Shown: in pieces, positions 10,553-23,064 of the stretch
Layout: each line of letters starts with the position of its first letter
Numbering within the stretch: position 1 is the stretch's first letter
NCBI GenBank assembly: GCA_038523235.1
Contig: JBCBJQ010000003.1
Span: 94,188-158,187, forward strand
Source of the DNA: Cyanobacteria bacterium J06626_4
GTDB taxonomy: Bacteria; Cyanobacteriota; Cyanobacteriia; Phormidesmidales; Phormidesmidaceae
DNA: 64,000 bases
Direction of reading: 5' to 3'
The notes under the pieces: model-generated
Database searches by the model: none
The model's input: the letters and a program-made list of their open reading frames with translations, nothing else
Told to the model about the DNA's origin: nothing
Program-made: the position numbers and the translations under genes

Positions 10553-10590
10553 GCCTGATCCTTGGGGGCTTTAGGGTCAGGCTATTTTCT
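10553..10590 (+). terminator. Rho-independent terminator-like hairpin
   Basis: GCCTGATCCT/AGGGTCAGGC stem followed by TATTTTCT and preceded by AAAA; may also terminate the convergent dapB. Confidence 0.7.
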
Positions 10591-10612
10591 TATTTAAAGG
10601 CTGAGACAACCA

Positions 10613-11437
10613 CTACAGAATTTTGTCTAAGCCATAAATTAAAGACTTCAATGGCATGACGCGACGAATGGCCAGTAGCACGCCAGGCATATAGCAGGCG
10701 CGATCGCTCGTATCGTGGCGCAGGGTATAGAGCTGTCCCGGTGCGCCAAAGATCACTTCCTGATGGGCAATTAGACCGGGTAACCGTACGCTGTGCAGGC
10801 GAATGCCATCAGCGGTGCTGCTGCCCCGCGCCCCAGTCATTTTTTCAGTTTCTTCAACTTGTGCAGGATTGTAGGCTTTATTCAACTCAGATAGCATTTG
10901 CGCAGTCTGAATGGCTGTGCCGCTCGGGGCATCAGCCTTTTGGTTGTGATGCAATTCAATGATTTCGACATGCTCAAAGTATTGGGCCGCTTGCTGAGCC
11001 GCTTGCTGCATCAAGACGATGCCAATCGAAAAATTAGGGATGATCAGGCAACCAATGCTAGCTTTGTCGGCAAATTCAGCCAGATCTTTGATCTGCTCGA
11101 CACTCAGGCCAGTCGTGCCTACCACCGGGCGCACCCCGTAGGCGATCGCCGCCCGCACAGAGCTGTAGACACTTTTGGGGTGGGTGAAATCTACCATAAC
11201 CGCTAACCCTTCACTCTGAGCCATCACCAGCGCCGCCTCTAAATCAGCGGTAATGGGCACTTCGACCGGGCCGCAGCCGACAATTTCGCCGATGTCTTCG
11301 CCTTGCACAGCGGGATTTTTATCAATCGCCCCGACGAGAGTCAGATCCTCGGCAGTGGCGATCGCCTTGATAACTTCGCGGCCCATTTTGCCGCAGGCCC
11401 CATTGACCACCACTGGAATTGTTGATTGTGTTGCCAT
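10613..11437 (-). CDS. dapB: 4-hydroxy-tetrahydrodipicolinate reductase
   Basis: GACGKMG, VDFTHP, VVGTTG and [18 protein letters not shown] motifs. Confidence 0.97.
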   Translation of the reverse strand: MATQSTIPVVVNGACGKMGREVIKAIATAEDLTLVGAIDKNPAVQGEDIGEIVGCGPVEVPITADLEAALVMAQSEGLAVMVDFTHPKSVYSSVRAAIAYGVRPVVGTTGLSVEQIKDLAEFADKASIGCLIIPNFSIGIVLMQQAAQQAAQYFEHVEIIELHHNQKADAPSGTAIQTAQMLSELNKAYNPAQVEETEKMTGARGSSTADGIRLHSVRLPGLIAHQEVIFGAPGQLYTLRHDTSDRACYMPGVLLAIRRVMPLKSLIYGLDKIL

Positions 11438-11674
11438 GACCCTACTTTTGTACGGCTACCAGGATGAGTTTAGTGCAAATTGTGGTGGCTGTGAGGGCGA
11501 TCGCTGAGATGCCCAGGGTGGCGATCTCGACACCGTTCATCCTTTAATCCGTTCGACCAAAATACCGTCACGAATTCTCTTTCTGGCCCGGCCGGTTTGC
11601 GCCCTCCCTGCCTTACTGCTGTGGAGCAAACTGCCAGATGACGAGATCGCCCAGTTTTCAGAGATCGCTCTCCG

Positions 11675-12904
11675 CTAAGACGTGCAGAGTGATGGCCCCA
11701 ATTTGGCTTCACAAAAGGCCTGTTCGTCAGCACTCAGCTCCGTCGCCTCCACATCTCGCCGCAGCACCATGCCGTTGTGTCCGGCCAAAAATCGGGGCAA
11801 CTGGCCATACTCGATTAGCGCCATCGTCTGAATATCGTAAGTGGTGTAGCGGGTCAGCTCAGGCGTGTCGAAATCAATATCCAGCACGGTGAGGGCCTTC
11901 CACGGCGGCAGGTCACTATCAATCAGCGGGCGTGGCCCCGACCCGATGATGCCCATGTGCAGCAGCTGCAGGTCACCCCGATGGCCCGGATAGTAAGCGT
12001 GGTGATGGCCGCTGATGTAGGTATGAACGTCGTATTTCTCTAACAGGGCGCGCAGCTGATCGGCGTTGTCCATGACTTCACCGGGCTGGTCACGTCCCAC
12101 TGCGACGGCATACAGCGGTAAATGACCAATCAAAATCCGCACTTTGGCAGTCTGCGCCGCTTCACTGGCTAAGCTTTCTTCTACCCAGGCCAATTTATCG
12201 GCGGGGATGCGGCTCGACGACCCATCCCACGACAGAAAGAAGACATCGTCGCGGCGAAAGCTGTAATAGAAGGGAAACTCAAAGCGATCAACGAATTCGA
12301 CACCGGGGTCATGCTCAGGCGTTTGCCAATAGGCCGCAGCCAAATCTCGCTCTTGCTGAAACAGCGGCGAGTCATTAAGGCCCAACGCCCCCGAGGCATC
12401 GTGGTTGCCAATGGTAAAACCGTAGGGCAAGCCCGCCGTTCGCAACGGAGCCGCCACGTGCTCGTCAAAGGCGGACCACATGGCGTTGATTTGATCAGGT
12501 GTCAGCGTCAGGTCTTGACCGGCGACCATGTCACCGCTGCAGAGCACTAAGTCAGGATGCCAAAACGGAATCAGGGCCATCGTTTTATCAATCTCGGGGT
12601 CGTAATCAGTGGAGCCATAGACGCCATTGAGGTCACTCATCACCACCAGGCGTAGGTCGCCTCGGGGCGGATCGGTCAGGGACGGATCAAGGCTGGCGAG
12701 GAGTTGTTCGGTCGCAGCGGGCAGTTCGGCCTGCGCCTCTGGAGGCGCATCGGCGCTGGTTGGGGCAGCCGTATCCGTCTGCTCGATCGCCGCCTCATCG
12801 GGAGTGGGGGACGACGGGGTTTGAATCGCAGCCTCGGTGCAGGCTAGCAGCACACTGCAAATTGCCCCCAAGATTACCCCGGTCAAAAATCGCTGCCAGC
12901 CCAT
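11675..12904 (-). CDS. Calcineurin-like metallophosphoesterase, probable lipoprotein
   Basis: Lipobox LLAC; SDLN, GDMV, GNHD and SGHHH metal-binding motifs. Confidence 0.88.
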   Translation of the reverse strand: MGWQRFLTGVILGAICSVLLACTEAAIQTPSSPTPDEAAIEQTDTAAPTSADAPPEAQAELPAATEQLLASLDPSLTDPPRGDLRLVVMSDLNGVYGSTDYDPEIDKTMALIPFWHPDLVLCSGDMVAGQDLTLTPDQINAMWSAFDEHVAAPLRTAGLPYGFTIGNHDASGALGLNDSPLFQQERDLAAAYWQTPEHDPGVEFVDRFEFPFYYSFRRDDVFFLSWDGSSSRIPADKLAWVEESLASEAAQTAKVRILIGHLPLYAVAVGRDQPGEVMDNADQLRALLEKYDVHTYISGHHHAYYPGHRGDLQLLHMGIIGSGPRPLIDSDLPPWKALTVLDIDFDTPELTRYTTYDIQTMALIEYGQLPRFLAGHNGMVLRRDVEATELSADEQAFCEAKLGPSLCTS

Positions 12905-12974
12905 ACTCCCTCACGGATTGCAAACAGAACTACGGCATACTTTACCCCAACATTCCCGTCAGCGAGTATCGGCA

Positions 12975-12988
12975 GTAGTCAGCGATAC
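12975..12988. promoter_or_regulatory. Possible NtcA site GTA-N8-TAC
   Basis: GTAGTCAGCGATAC(A) in the divergent intergenic region between the phosphoesterase and the BMP gene. No canonical -10 at 22-23 nt was found. Confidence 0.35.
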
Positions 12989-13592
12989 AAGTCGGCTGTT
13001 GATCCGCGTGAACTCAACCGCGGCGATGGGGTAAAACGACAGCTCAGAAAGTCTTGCATTGCCGGAAGGTGAGCGCTTTGAGTGATCGTTGGCATTTGGA
13101 GACTTTTGGCGCTGGAAACCCCGAAAATGCAGTCGACGATACAAAATAATTCCCAGGATTTATCAATCCTTGAACTGAGCTGAGTTTGAGGATTGATCAG
13201 CCGATAGCAAAGTCAGTTGATGAATGGGGCGATCGCGGATTAATTCATCCGTAGTCTATTTGTCTTAACTAGCCGACAAGATTTATTGGCATGTCCCTTT
13301 TGCCCCGTGCTTCCGTACTTCGACTCAATGGTGGCGATCGTTGCTCATCATCAGCGAGCCCCTAATTAAATGATGCGGTAGGGTATGTGGTGGCACGCCA
13401 ACGGATTGCTGGAGTGAGCTTTGGTGCATCATGCTTGGCGATGACCATCCGGCGATCATTCAAAGCTGCTGACTTGAATCTCTACGCAGAGTAATCAATG
13501 TTTCCTGTCCCTGATCCCCGAGAATCTTCCTAGCCGTTCCCTCGCAACTCATTTTCAGTTGTTTCCCGTTTTCATTTTTTGGAGTAAACCCG

Positions 13593-14795
13593 ATGACCCA
13601 GCGCAACTTTTCTCACCTTTCTCGCCGACAGATCATTCGTGGATTAATGGCCACCACTGCGTTTGGGGTGGTCACTAAGTTCGGTACGGCTTGTAGCCCA
13701 GCGACCGAAGGTGACGCCACTGCTGAGGGCGAAAGCGCCGGGGGCGGAGACGGGGAAGAGTTGGTTGTCGGGTTTATTTATGTCGGCCCCAAAGATGACT
13801 TTGGCTACAATCAGGCCCATGCCGAAGGGGCGGCCGCCATGGTGGCCAACGTTCCGGGCATCAAAATTGTGGAAGAGGCCAGCGTGCCGGAAACCAGCGC
13901 CGTGGCCGAAACGATGCGCAACATGATTGAGATCGATGGCGTTAAGGTGCTCTTTCCCACCTCGTTTGGCTATTTTGATCCCTACATTTTAGAACTCGCC
14001 GAAGAATTTCCTGAGGTACAGTTTTTCCATGCGGGCGGTCTCTACCAAGACGGCGTCCACCCCGATAATGTGGGCAGCTATTTTGGTTACATCGATGAAG
14101 CGCAATACGTCGCGGGTGTTGTCGCGGGTTACATGAGTCAATCGGGCAAATTGGGATTTGTGGCAGCGAAACCGATTCCCCAAGTGCTGCGCAATATTAA
14201 TGCGTTTACCCTGGGCGCTAAATCGGTCAATCCCGACATCACCACGCAAGTGATCTTTACCGGTGACTGGGCGCTGCCGGTCAAAGAAGCGGAAGCGACC
14301 AATAGCATGGCCGATCAAGGCATTGATGTCGTCACCTGCCACGTAGATAGCCCCAAAGTAGTGATGGAAACGGCAGAAAAGCGGGGCATCTTTGCCAGTG
14401 GTTACCACGCTGACCAGGGGCCGTTAGCCCCCGAAGGCTACTTAACCGGGGCCGAATGGGACTGGTCGAGTATCTATACCCAACTGGGCGAGCAGTTCTT
14501 AGCCGGTCAAACCCTGATGGCTGGCGACATTCCCCACATTCTGCGGGGCGGCCTGGCGGGCAACTTCTGTAAGCTGTCGGCCTATGGGCCAGCGGTCACC
14601 GATGAGGCGAAAGCAGCAGCTGATGCGGCGAAAGAACAAATCATGAGCGGTGAGCTGGTGATCTATAAAGGCGAATTGAAAGACAACACCGGCGGCACCA
14701 TCTTGCCCAGCGGCGAAGAATATAAGCAGGACAACATCGAGCTAGAAAAGATGGACTACTTGATTGAGGGCGTTCAGGGTAGCATCGACGGCTAG
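13593..14795 (+). CDS. BMP family ABC transporter substrate-binding lipoprotein (purine/nucleoside-type)
   Basis: Tat-like SRRQII, lipobox GTAC, VGFIYVGPKDDFGYNQAH and NINAFTLGA motifs. Confidence 0.9.
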   Translation: MTQRNFSHLSRRQIIRGLMATTAFGVVTKFGTACSPATEGDATAEGESAGGGDGEELVVGFIYVGPKDDFGYNQAHAEGAAAMVANVPGIKIVEEASVPETSAVAETMRNMIEIDGVKVLFPTSFGYFDPYILELAEEFPEVQFFHAGGLYQDGVHPDNVGSYFGYIDEAQYVAGVVAGYMSQSGKLGFVAAKPIPQVLRNINAFTLGAKSVNPDITTQVIFTGDWALPVKEAEATNSMADQGIDVVTCHVDSPKVVMETAEKRGIFASGYHADQGPLAPEGYLTGAEWDWSSIYTQLGEQFLAGQTLMAGDIPHILRGGLAGNFCKLSAYGPAVTDEAKAAADAAKEQIMSGELVIYKGELKDNTGGTILPSGEEYKQDNIELEKMDYLIEGVQGSIDG

Positions 14796-14931
14796 GTTCG
14801 AGATGACGCGGCTTTCATGGACAATGTCCCTGTTGCCACTACACCTCTAGGCAAAGGGCCGACTTGCTGCTGACTCTCGGCGTGGATGGCACGACTCACC
14901 CTAAAAGCGTCCCTAGAGTTGACCGATAAAA

Positions 14932-14975
14932 CAAAGCCCCTGCAATCTAGATTACAGGGGGCTTTGCTACTTTTT
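14932..14975. terminator. Bidirectional terminator between the BMP gene and groEL2
   Basis: CAAAGCCCCTGCAATC/GATTACAGGGGGCTTTG hairpin with an A-run before and a T-run after. Confidence 0.8.
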
Positions 14976-15027
14976 GAGACGATTAGGTCAGGCTCATCAG
15001 GTCGCGGTGACGCATAAAGCGCTGGGC

Positions 15028-16783
<1,756 letters not shown>

Positions 16784-17106
16784 CTTGCCTACAATATCTG
16801 CTGGTTTGTCGCCACAGAAGTCGCAATAACCGACCCTTGCCCATGACTCCAGCGGGGGGATGGGACTTGCGATCAAACCTCGGGGCCAGGGTGCCAGGGA
16901 GCGAGCGTGTATCGCCGTTGCAGAGACTTGGTCGGAAACGGCGATAGGGGTGTGCTTGAGACCAGGTGCGATCGCGGCTTTGGCATCATCAAACAAAAAC
17001 AACCGCGCCCCAGCAATTACTCCGAAGCGCGGTTAACGCGGACTCAGATTTAGCATCCTCAGCCGAGCCAGTTCACAGGCAATGCCGATGCTGCACTCAT
17101 GCAGAG

Positions 17107-18408
17107 CTAGAGGTTAGAGAGCACGTGACGGGCTGCCGCGATCGTCTTATCGATGTCGGCGTCAGTGTGGGCTAGCGAGCTAAACCCTGCTTCGTACTGC
17201 GACGGCGCCAGATACACTCCCGCTTCTAACATGCCGCGGTGGAACCGGCTGAATTTGTCAGTGTCCGCCTGCTTCGCATCAGCAAAATTGTGGACAGACT
17301 GGTCGGTAAAAAACATGCCAAACATGGCGCTGATGTTACCGCCCGTGGCGGCATGGCCGGTTTCGTGAGCCGCCGCTAAAAGCCCCGTGATTAGCTTGTT
17401 CGTCGTCGCTTCGAGCTGCTCGTAAGTGCCCGGCTGCTGCAAGATTTCGAGAGTTTTGATGCCTGCCGTCATCGCCAACGGATTGCCCGATAGGGTACCG
17501 GCTTGGTAGACCGGGCCAGCGGGAGCGATCATTGCCATAATGTCGCGACGACCGCCATAGGCTCCCACCGGCAGCCCACCACCAATGATTTTGCCGAGGG
17601 TGGTCAGATCTGGGGTGACGCCAAACTTTTCTTGCGCGCCGCCGTAGGCAATGCGGAAGCCCGTCATCACTTCGTCAAACACCAGCAGGGCATCATGCTC
17701 ACGAGTGAGTTCACGCAGACCGGTCAAAAATTCCATTTCCGGAACGATGAACCCGGCATTGCCCACGACCGGTTCCAAAATCACCCCAGAGATCTCACCA
17801 GGGTTGTCCTCAAAGAGTTTCTTGACCGCTGCCAAGTCGTTGTAGGGCGCAGTCAGGGTGCTTTGAGTAGCCGCTTTCGGCACGCCAGGAGAATCGGGTA
17901 GCCCCAAAGTGGCCACGCCAGAACCTGCCTTGACCAAAAACATGTCGGCGTGGCCGTGGTAGTTACCCTCAAATTTGATGATCTTGTCGCGACCGGTAAA
18001 AGCTCGCATCAGGCGCAAAACAGCCATGCAGGCTTCGGTGCCAGAGTTGACAAACCGTACCATTTCAATGCTGGGGACGGCATCAATTACCATCTCGGCC
18101 AGCACATTCTCTAAATAGCAAGGTGCGCCAAAGCTGGTGCCTTTTTCGAGGGCGGCGGCCAGCGCTTGCAGCACGTCGGGGTGAGCATGCCCACAAATGG
18201 CCGGGCCCCAGGTGCCGACGTAATCAATGTATTGGTTGTTGTCAACGTCCCAAATGTAGGCTCCTTTCACCCGATCAAAGACGATGGGCTGGCCGCCGAC
18301 CGACTTGAAGGCACGGACGGGAGAGCTAACACCACCGGGCATGAGCTGTTGAGCGGCGGCGAAGATTTCGGCTGATTGGGTGGTTTTTAATGGGGCAGTG
18401 CTGACCAA
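17107..18408 (-). CDS. hemL: Glutamate-1-semialdehyde 2,1-aminomutase
   Basis: [27 protein letters not shown] and [13 protein letters not shown] motifs. Confidence 0.97.
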   Translation of the reverse strand: MVSTAPLKTTQSAEIFAAAQQLMPGGVSSPVRAFKSVGGQPIVFDRVKGAYIWDVDNNQYIDYVGTWGPAICGHAHPDVLQALAAALEKGTSFGAPCYLENVLAEMVIDAVPSIEMVRFVNSGTEACMAVLRLMRAFTGRDKIIKFEGNYHGHADMFLVKAGSGVATLGLPDSPGVPKAATQSTLTAPYNDLAAVKKLFEDNPGEISGVILEPVVGNAGFIVPEMEFLTGLRELTREHDALLVFDEVMTGFRIAYGGAQEKFGVTPDLTTLGKIIGGGLPVGAYGGRRDIMAMIAPAGPVYQAGTLSGNPLAMTAGIKTLEILQQPGTYEQLEATTNKLITGLLAAAHETGHAATGGNISAMFGMFFTDQSVHNFADAKQADTDKFSRFHRGMLEAGVYLAPSQYEAGFSSLAHTDADIDKTIAAARHVLSNL

Positions 18409-18578
18409 AGTATTTTCCTCTTAAAGACCGGTCTGAGGTCAGTTCAGCAGGGTGAACGAGCCGCTGAACGACCGGATTATAAAGTCCTGTTTATTATCCT
18501 ATCGATCGCCTTCGCCCTAGTCGCCGCCCTGTCAAGAAGTGTTACGAGACTGATCGAGACGTTAACTGTTGGTGGCCG

Positions 18579-19529
18579 CTAGGAACGCTGGCGGTGCTGT
18601 GCGGCCCGAGCATTGCGCCGCCACATCGCCGGTTTAATGCGTCGCAGTGCCGAAGCCGGAAACCGGCGATTCCACTCGGCCTCGTCGAGGTGGGCCAAAT
18701 CCTTGAGAGCAGGAGCAACATTGTCGGCGTAGGGCTGAAAATCTTCAACGTCAGTGGGTTGAGCAAACCGCTGGTTCCAAGGGCAAACGTCTTGGCAGAT
18801 GTCGCACCCCGCCACCCAACCGGCCATGTTGTCAGCGATCGCTTTGGGCAAAGCATCATCCCGGTTTTCGATGGTATGGTAGGCGATGCAGCGGTTCGCA
18901 TCGACGACATAGGGCGCCGTAATCGCTTGGGTGGGGCAGGCCTCTAGGCAGCGGGTGCAGGTGCCGCAATGTTCCGTATGAGGCGCGTCTGACACCAGCT
19001 CAGCGTTCGTCAAGATTTCGCCCAAAAAGACCCACGAACCGTAGTTGCGGGTGATGAGATTACCATTTTTGGCAATCCACCCGAGCCCCGCCTGTTGTGC
19101 CCAAAACTTATCGGCGATGGGGCCAGTATCGGCATAAAAGCGAGTGTGAATAGTGGCATCGCGCGATTGCAGCCAGTCGGATAGCGCCTTCAGCTTTTTG
19201 TGCATCACCCTGTGGTAGTCGCGACCCCAGCCATAGCGAGAAATCTTGCCTGTGTCGGGATTATTGGGGCGCTGATGCGGTGTGTAGTAGTTGAGCGCCA
19301 CACAGATCAGCGATCGCACGTCGGGCATGACCTGAGTAATATCTTGCCGTCGGGGATTCGTCATCCAAGCCATGTCAGCCTGAAATCCCTGGGCTAACCA
19401 GCGCTGTAGGGCATCGTTTTGTTGAGTTGTGGCAGCGGCGCTACTGTCGACGCGGGCAATGCCCACCTGATGAAAACCTAAGCTTAAAGCCTGCTGGTGA
19501 ATCTGGGGGGTATCTACCGCAGGCGACAT
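18579..19529 (-). CDS. queG: tRNA epoxyqueuosine(34) reductase
   Basis: SRYGWGRDYH, GLGWIAKN, CGTCTRCLEACPT and GCDICQDVCPWN Fe-S motifs. Confidence 0.95.
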   Translation of the reverse strand: MSPAVDTPQIHQQALSLGFHQVGIARVDSSAAATTQQNDALQRWLAQGFQADMAWMTNPRRQDITQVMPDVRSLICVALNYYTPHQRPNNPDTGKISRYGWGRDYHRVMHKKLKALSDWLQSRDATIHTRFYADTGPIADKFWAQQAGLGWIAKNGNLITRNYGSWVFLGEILTNAELVSDAPHTEHCGTCTRCLEACPTQAITAPYVVDANRCIAYHTIENRDDALPKAIADNMAGWVAGCDICQDVCPWNQRFAQPTDVEDFQPYADNVAPALKDLAHLDEAEWNRRFPASALRRIKPAMWRRNARAAQHRQRS

Positions 19530-19707
19530 TGAGTCAATACTCCGACAATTGTTGTTTGCTCCGGGCTCGGGTGACGGTGAGTAAGACTGCCGCAGCTTCC
19601 TAGAGGCAGCTCCAGAGCCCAGGGTGACTTGGGAGCCGTCAGTTCGTTTTCATCAGAGGGGTCTGCTGGCTGCGATCAAGGTCATCGAGTCGGCTCAAGT
19701 CGGGTTG

Positions 19708-20115
19708 CTAAACCGCGACACAGGCATGCACTTCAGTGGCGCAGGTGACCCAGGCCGTATCGACTCGGATCGCCCCTTCCACCCGACTGGCAGCGTCAAC
19801 TAAGCGGCAGAGTACTGCGGCATCAGGTACGATGCCCTGCAAAATCACGACCCGGCCTCGCTGCGTCACCGAGAGATGAGCCAACTCCGAAGCCGTGAAC
19901 TGGCAAGCAAAAACCGCCTCCACCCGCTTCTTGAGCCCAAAGTAGTCATATTCGCCATTGAGCCCGACTCGCTCGGGAGGCGTTGATTGAAACCACTCTG
20001 GGACAGAATAGCCCCACCTCAAATTAAACGGACTAGCTTTGTCGCAAGCAGCCTCTTTGCTAAACGTACCCGCGATCGTAAATGGGTGATTTTGGTAGAT
20101 GTTCATTCTGTGCAA
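19708..20115 (-). CDS. BON domain-containing protein (start may be 20103)
   Basis: PPERVGLNGEYDYFGLKKRV...VTQRGRVVILQG...RVEGAIRVD, typical of cyanobacterial BON/phospholipid-binding proteins. Confidence 0.8.
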   Translation of the reverse strand: MHRMNIYQNHPFTIAGTFSKEAACDKASPFNLRWGYSVPEWFQSTPPERVGLNGEYDYFGLKKRVEAVFACQFTASELAHLSVTQRGRVVILQGIVPDAAVLCRLVDAASRVEGAIRVDTAWVTCATEVHACVAV

Positions 20116-20378
20116 ACTGTAGATCGTTGAATCTAACTAATCCTGATCGACTCACTTCGCAAAGATGCCCGTGCTTCAATACCTCAGAGGATTCCCCGAT
20201 GACATTCAAAAACGAGCAGTCACTTTACAAAAGGTTCACTAAACGCGAAGCAATATTAACTAAAATTTCATAAACCGAAAAGTATTGTGAGAGACACAAA
20301 CTGCTTTCGCGGCTCGAAATCATCCTTTAGAGGCAATTTGGGCTGTAAAAGCCGGTCGTTCGGTGGATTTCACGCTGC

Positions 20379-20861
20379 TTAAGCCGATTGAGAGACCAGC
20401 ACTACAGCATAGGCCGCGATCCCTTCCTCTCTACCGGTGGGGCCTAATTTTTCATTGGTTGTCGCCTTTACGCCCACCTGATCGGGGGCAAGCACCAACA
20501 CCTCGGCGAGGGACTTCCGGATGTCGGCAATGTGGGGCTTTAACTTGGGGCGTTCAGCAACAATCACGCTATCGACATTGGCGATCGCCCAACCGCGATC
20601 GCGCACCATCTGATAGACCTGAGCTAAGAGCATGAGGCTATCGGCACCCGCCCATTGGGGGTCACTGGGGGGAAAATAGGTGCCAATATCCCCCAAACTG
20701 AGGGCTCCTAACAGAGCATCGGCAATGGCATGGGTGAGGACGTCGGCATCACTATGACCTAGCAACCCCTTGTCGTGCGCAATGTTGATGCCGCCAATAA
20801 TTAAAGGACGGTCAGCGACTAAGCGATGAATATCGTATCCGTTGCCAATCCGTATGCTCAT
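20379..20861 (-). CDS. ispF: 2-C-methyl-D-erythritol 2,4-cyclodiphosphate synthase
   Basis: [20 protein letters not shown] and [10 protein letters not shown] motifs. Confidence 0.97.
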   Translation of the reverse strand: MSIRIGNGYDIHRLVADRPLIIGGINIAHDKGLLGHSDADVLTHAIADALLGALSLGDIGTYFPPSDPQWAGADSLMLLAQVYQMVRDRGWAIANVDSVIVAERPKLKPHIADIRKSLAEVLVLAPDQVGVKATTNEKLGPTGREEGIAAYAVVLVSQSA

Positions 20862-20974
20862 GTTTAGTATGGTAGCAAATTTACTTAGGGCTTAAGTGAT
20901 CTCCGACACATTTGATGAAGTTTTCGTTCACTCCATAAGATTTTAATCAAAATTGGGGGCTGAACTCAGCGGGA

Positions 20975-21709
20975 TTACTGAGGGTCATCAGCATTTTGTT
21001 GCCTTTGCCAAGTTTGATAAAGATCAGGACGCCGCTGCCGAGTTCTCTCAATCTGTTGTGCTTGACGCCACTGGGCGATCGCGCCGTGATCGCCCGATCG
21101 CAACACCGGCGGTACCGACCAGTTGCGAAACTCTGCTGGTCGCGTGTACTGGGGATAATCCAACAGATCGGCCTCAAAGCTTTCGAACTTTAGCGAATCA
21201 GCTTTACCCACCGTGCCGGGACGCAGTCGCACGACCCCATTAATCAGGGTCAACGCCGGGATTTCACCGCAGGTGAGGACAAAATCACCCAGCGACACCT
21301 CGCGATCGACCAGATGCAGCACCCGTTCATCCACTCCTTCGTAATGGCCGCAAATCAGCACCATCTGATCCAACGTGGTGTTGAGCGTGCGAAACAGAGG
21401 CTGAGTCATGGTTTCACCCTGGGGGGTGAGCAAGATGACTTCGCGGCGAGGATACATTGGCAAAGACTCGACTGCCGCAAAAATGGGCTCTGGCTTCATC
21501 AACATGCCGACGCCACCACCGTAGGGTTCGTCATCCACCTTGCGATGCTTGTCCGTGGTGAAATCGCGAGGATTGACTAAGTTGACTGAGGCGATTCCCC
21601 GCGCCAGCGCTTTGCCCAACAACCCCGACTGCAAGGCCGAGGTGAAGAAGTCAGGAAACAGGGTGACGATATCAAATCTCAACGGTGACTCCGGAGGATT
21701 AGCGGTCAT
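20975..21709 (-). CDS. trmD: tRNA (guanine37-N1)-methyltransferase
   Basis: VDDEPYGGGVGM, CGHYEGVDER, SLGDFVLTCGE and YPQYTRP motifs. Confidence 0.97.
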   Translation of the reverse strand: MTANPPESPLRFDIVTLFPDFFTSALQSGLLGKALARGIASVNLVNPRDFTTDKHRKVDDEPYGGGVGMLMKPEPIFAAVESLPMYPRREVILLTPQGETMTQPLFRTLNTTLDQMVLICGHYEGVDERVLHLVDREVSLGDFVLTCGEIPALTLINGVVRLRPGTVGKADSLKFESFEADLLDYPQYTRPAEFRNWSVPPVLRSGDHGAIAQWRQAQQIERTRQRRPDLYQTWQRQQNADDPQ

Positions 21710-21914
21710 AGGTAATGCGGACGTAGTGGGCGAGCCTGAAGGTGACGAAGCGCATGGCTGATACAGCAGTCTCTGGTTGATTATGGCAAGGGACTGTCCC
21801 CCTGAATCTCTGGCTTTTGGGAGGAATTACGGACGCCGACCTCAATTCACAAATTCACAATGGTGAGGGTAAAAGGAACTCACGCAGCATTTTGAACCTG
21901 TTTGCCAGATGTGT

Positions 21915-22073
21915 GTAAACGGTCGTCCCTGAGGAAACAGGCACAGGACCCTGCCAACTCGTCAAACTAACTGTGGGCATCTTTAATTGATAGTCGATCA
22001 GAGTGGACTGCAAGAGAGGGTTTAATTACAGAGAGATCCCTGAGCCGGTGCCTGTATGGCGTAACGCCTACTT
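21915..22073 (+). ncRNA. ssrS: Probable 6S RNA
   Basis: ORF-free stretch folding into one long irregular hairpin: GTCGT/ATGGC and ACAGGCAC/GTGCCTGT closing stems, a large central bubble (AACTCGTCAAACTAA / AGAGAGGGTTTAATTA) and an apical stem CTTTAATTGA/TCGATCAGAG. Resembles cyanobacterial 6S RNA as I recall it; ends are approximate. Confidence 0.7.
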
Positions 22074-22365
22074 CATCAAACCACGAGAACTCAGCTGATT
22101 TGACCCAATTTCTTCACCCTCTACCAGGTAGTTTTTGCCGTCGCAATCGCGCCCCAGCGTCGAGGGCTCCCCATTCGCCAGCATGTCATTGCTCAAGCCA
22201 CTGCCTCCCATGATTTTGGGCGCGCAGAAGACTCATGCCCCTCGCTTGAAGGGAGCGGTGCTGCCAGAGCCGACCCAGACGGCTCATTCCTGTCCGGGTC
22301 TGGCCCGGACTAACCCCGGCGAGCAGGATGCCTTTGTGAGTCACGCCCCCACTGATCGAGTTGCG

Positions 22366-23064
22366 CTAGCTGACCGGTTTTTCGGGCACGGGCACCGAAG
22401 CCACCAATCCTGATAGGGGGGAGTCAGCGTCAGCCGGATCTAAATAAAGGGCGCGAATATCTTCGGGGAGTGCCGCTTCAAGATTTTGGGCTGCCTGTCG
22501 GAGCCGGACAGAGACTTCAGTCGGAGCCATCTGCTCACCTTCGGCTTTCAGATAGGCCGCGATGCGGGTATCGCTCCAGCGGAAGGTTTGAGCCATGACC
22601 AAGATTAACCGCTCTAACGGATTGAGGCGATCCAACGAGCGCTCAACATAGCACCAGAGCGGCGGCGAAGCCTGTGACAGTGAGTAATGAATGTCTTCGA
22701 CATCGGGCAGGGCGGCCTGGTTGATACAAAGGGCCGTCACGTTGATCAGCCAGCTTTGTAACGAGAGAGATCGCCCCTGGTCAGTCTCGCTGGCGGCTGG
22801 TTGAGTGGCCGGTAGCTCAAGACCGCCAAGTTCGTTGAGAATGTGCCGCCAGGTCAAGGCAAACAAATATTCAGCTTGCACCGGCGAGCGGGCCGAATGG
22901 GTAATGAGGCTAAAAACGACAGGACTGTAGCGACAGAAAATGGCCGTAAAATATCGCCCGGCCTCCGGCTCAGCTTGGAAACGTTGCAGCAAGTCGCGAT
23001 CGCTCAGGTGCCCAAGCTGTTGGATGATGGCGTGATTACATTCAGGAAAACTAGGAATTTGCAC
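22366..23064 (-). CDS. Conserved cyanobacterial sigma-70-like (region 2/4) protein
   Basis: GTG start (VQIPSFPE..H); SDRDLL...YFTAIFCRY...WRHI...SWL...RLILVMAQTFRWSDTRIAAYL resembles an ECF-like sigma fold. Confidence 0.7.
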   Translation of the reverse strand: MQIPSFPECNHAIIQQLGHLSDRDLLQRFQAEPEAGRYFTAIFCRYSPVVFSLITHSARSPVQAEYLFALTWRHILNELGGLELPATQPAASETDQGRSLSLQSWLINVTALCINQAALPDVEDIHYSLSQASPPLWCYVERSLDRLNPLERLILVMAQTFRWSDTRIAAYLKAEGEQMAPTEVSVRLRQAAQNLEAALPEDIRALYLDPADADSPLSGLVASVPVPEKPVS

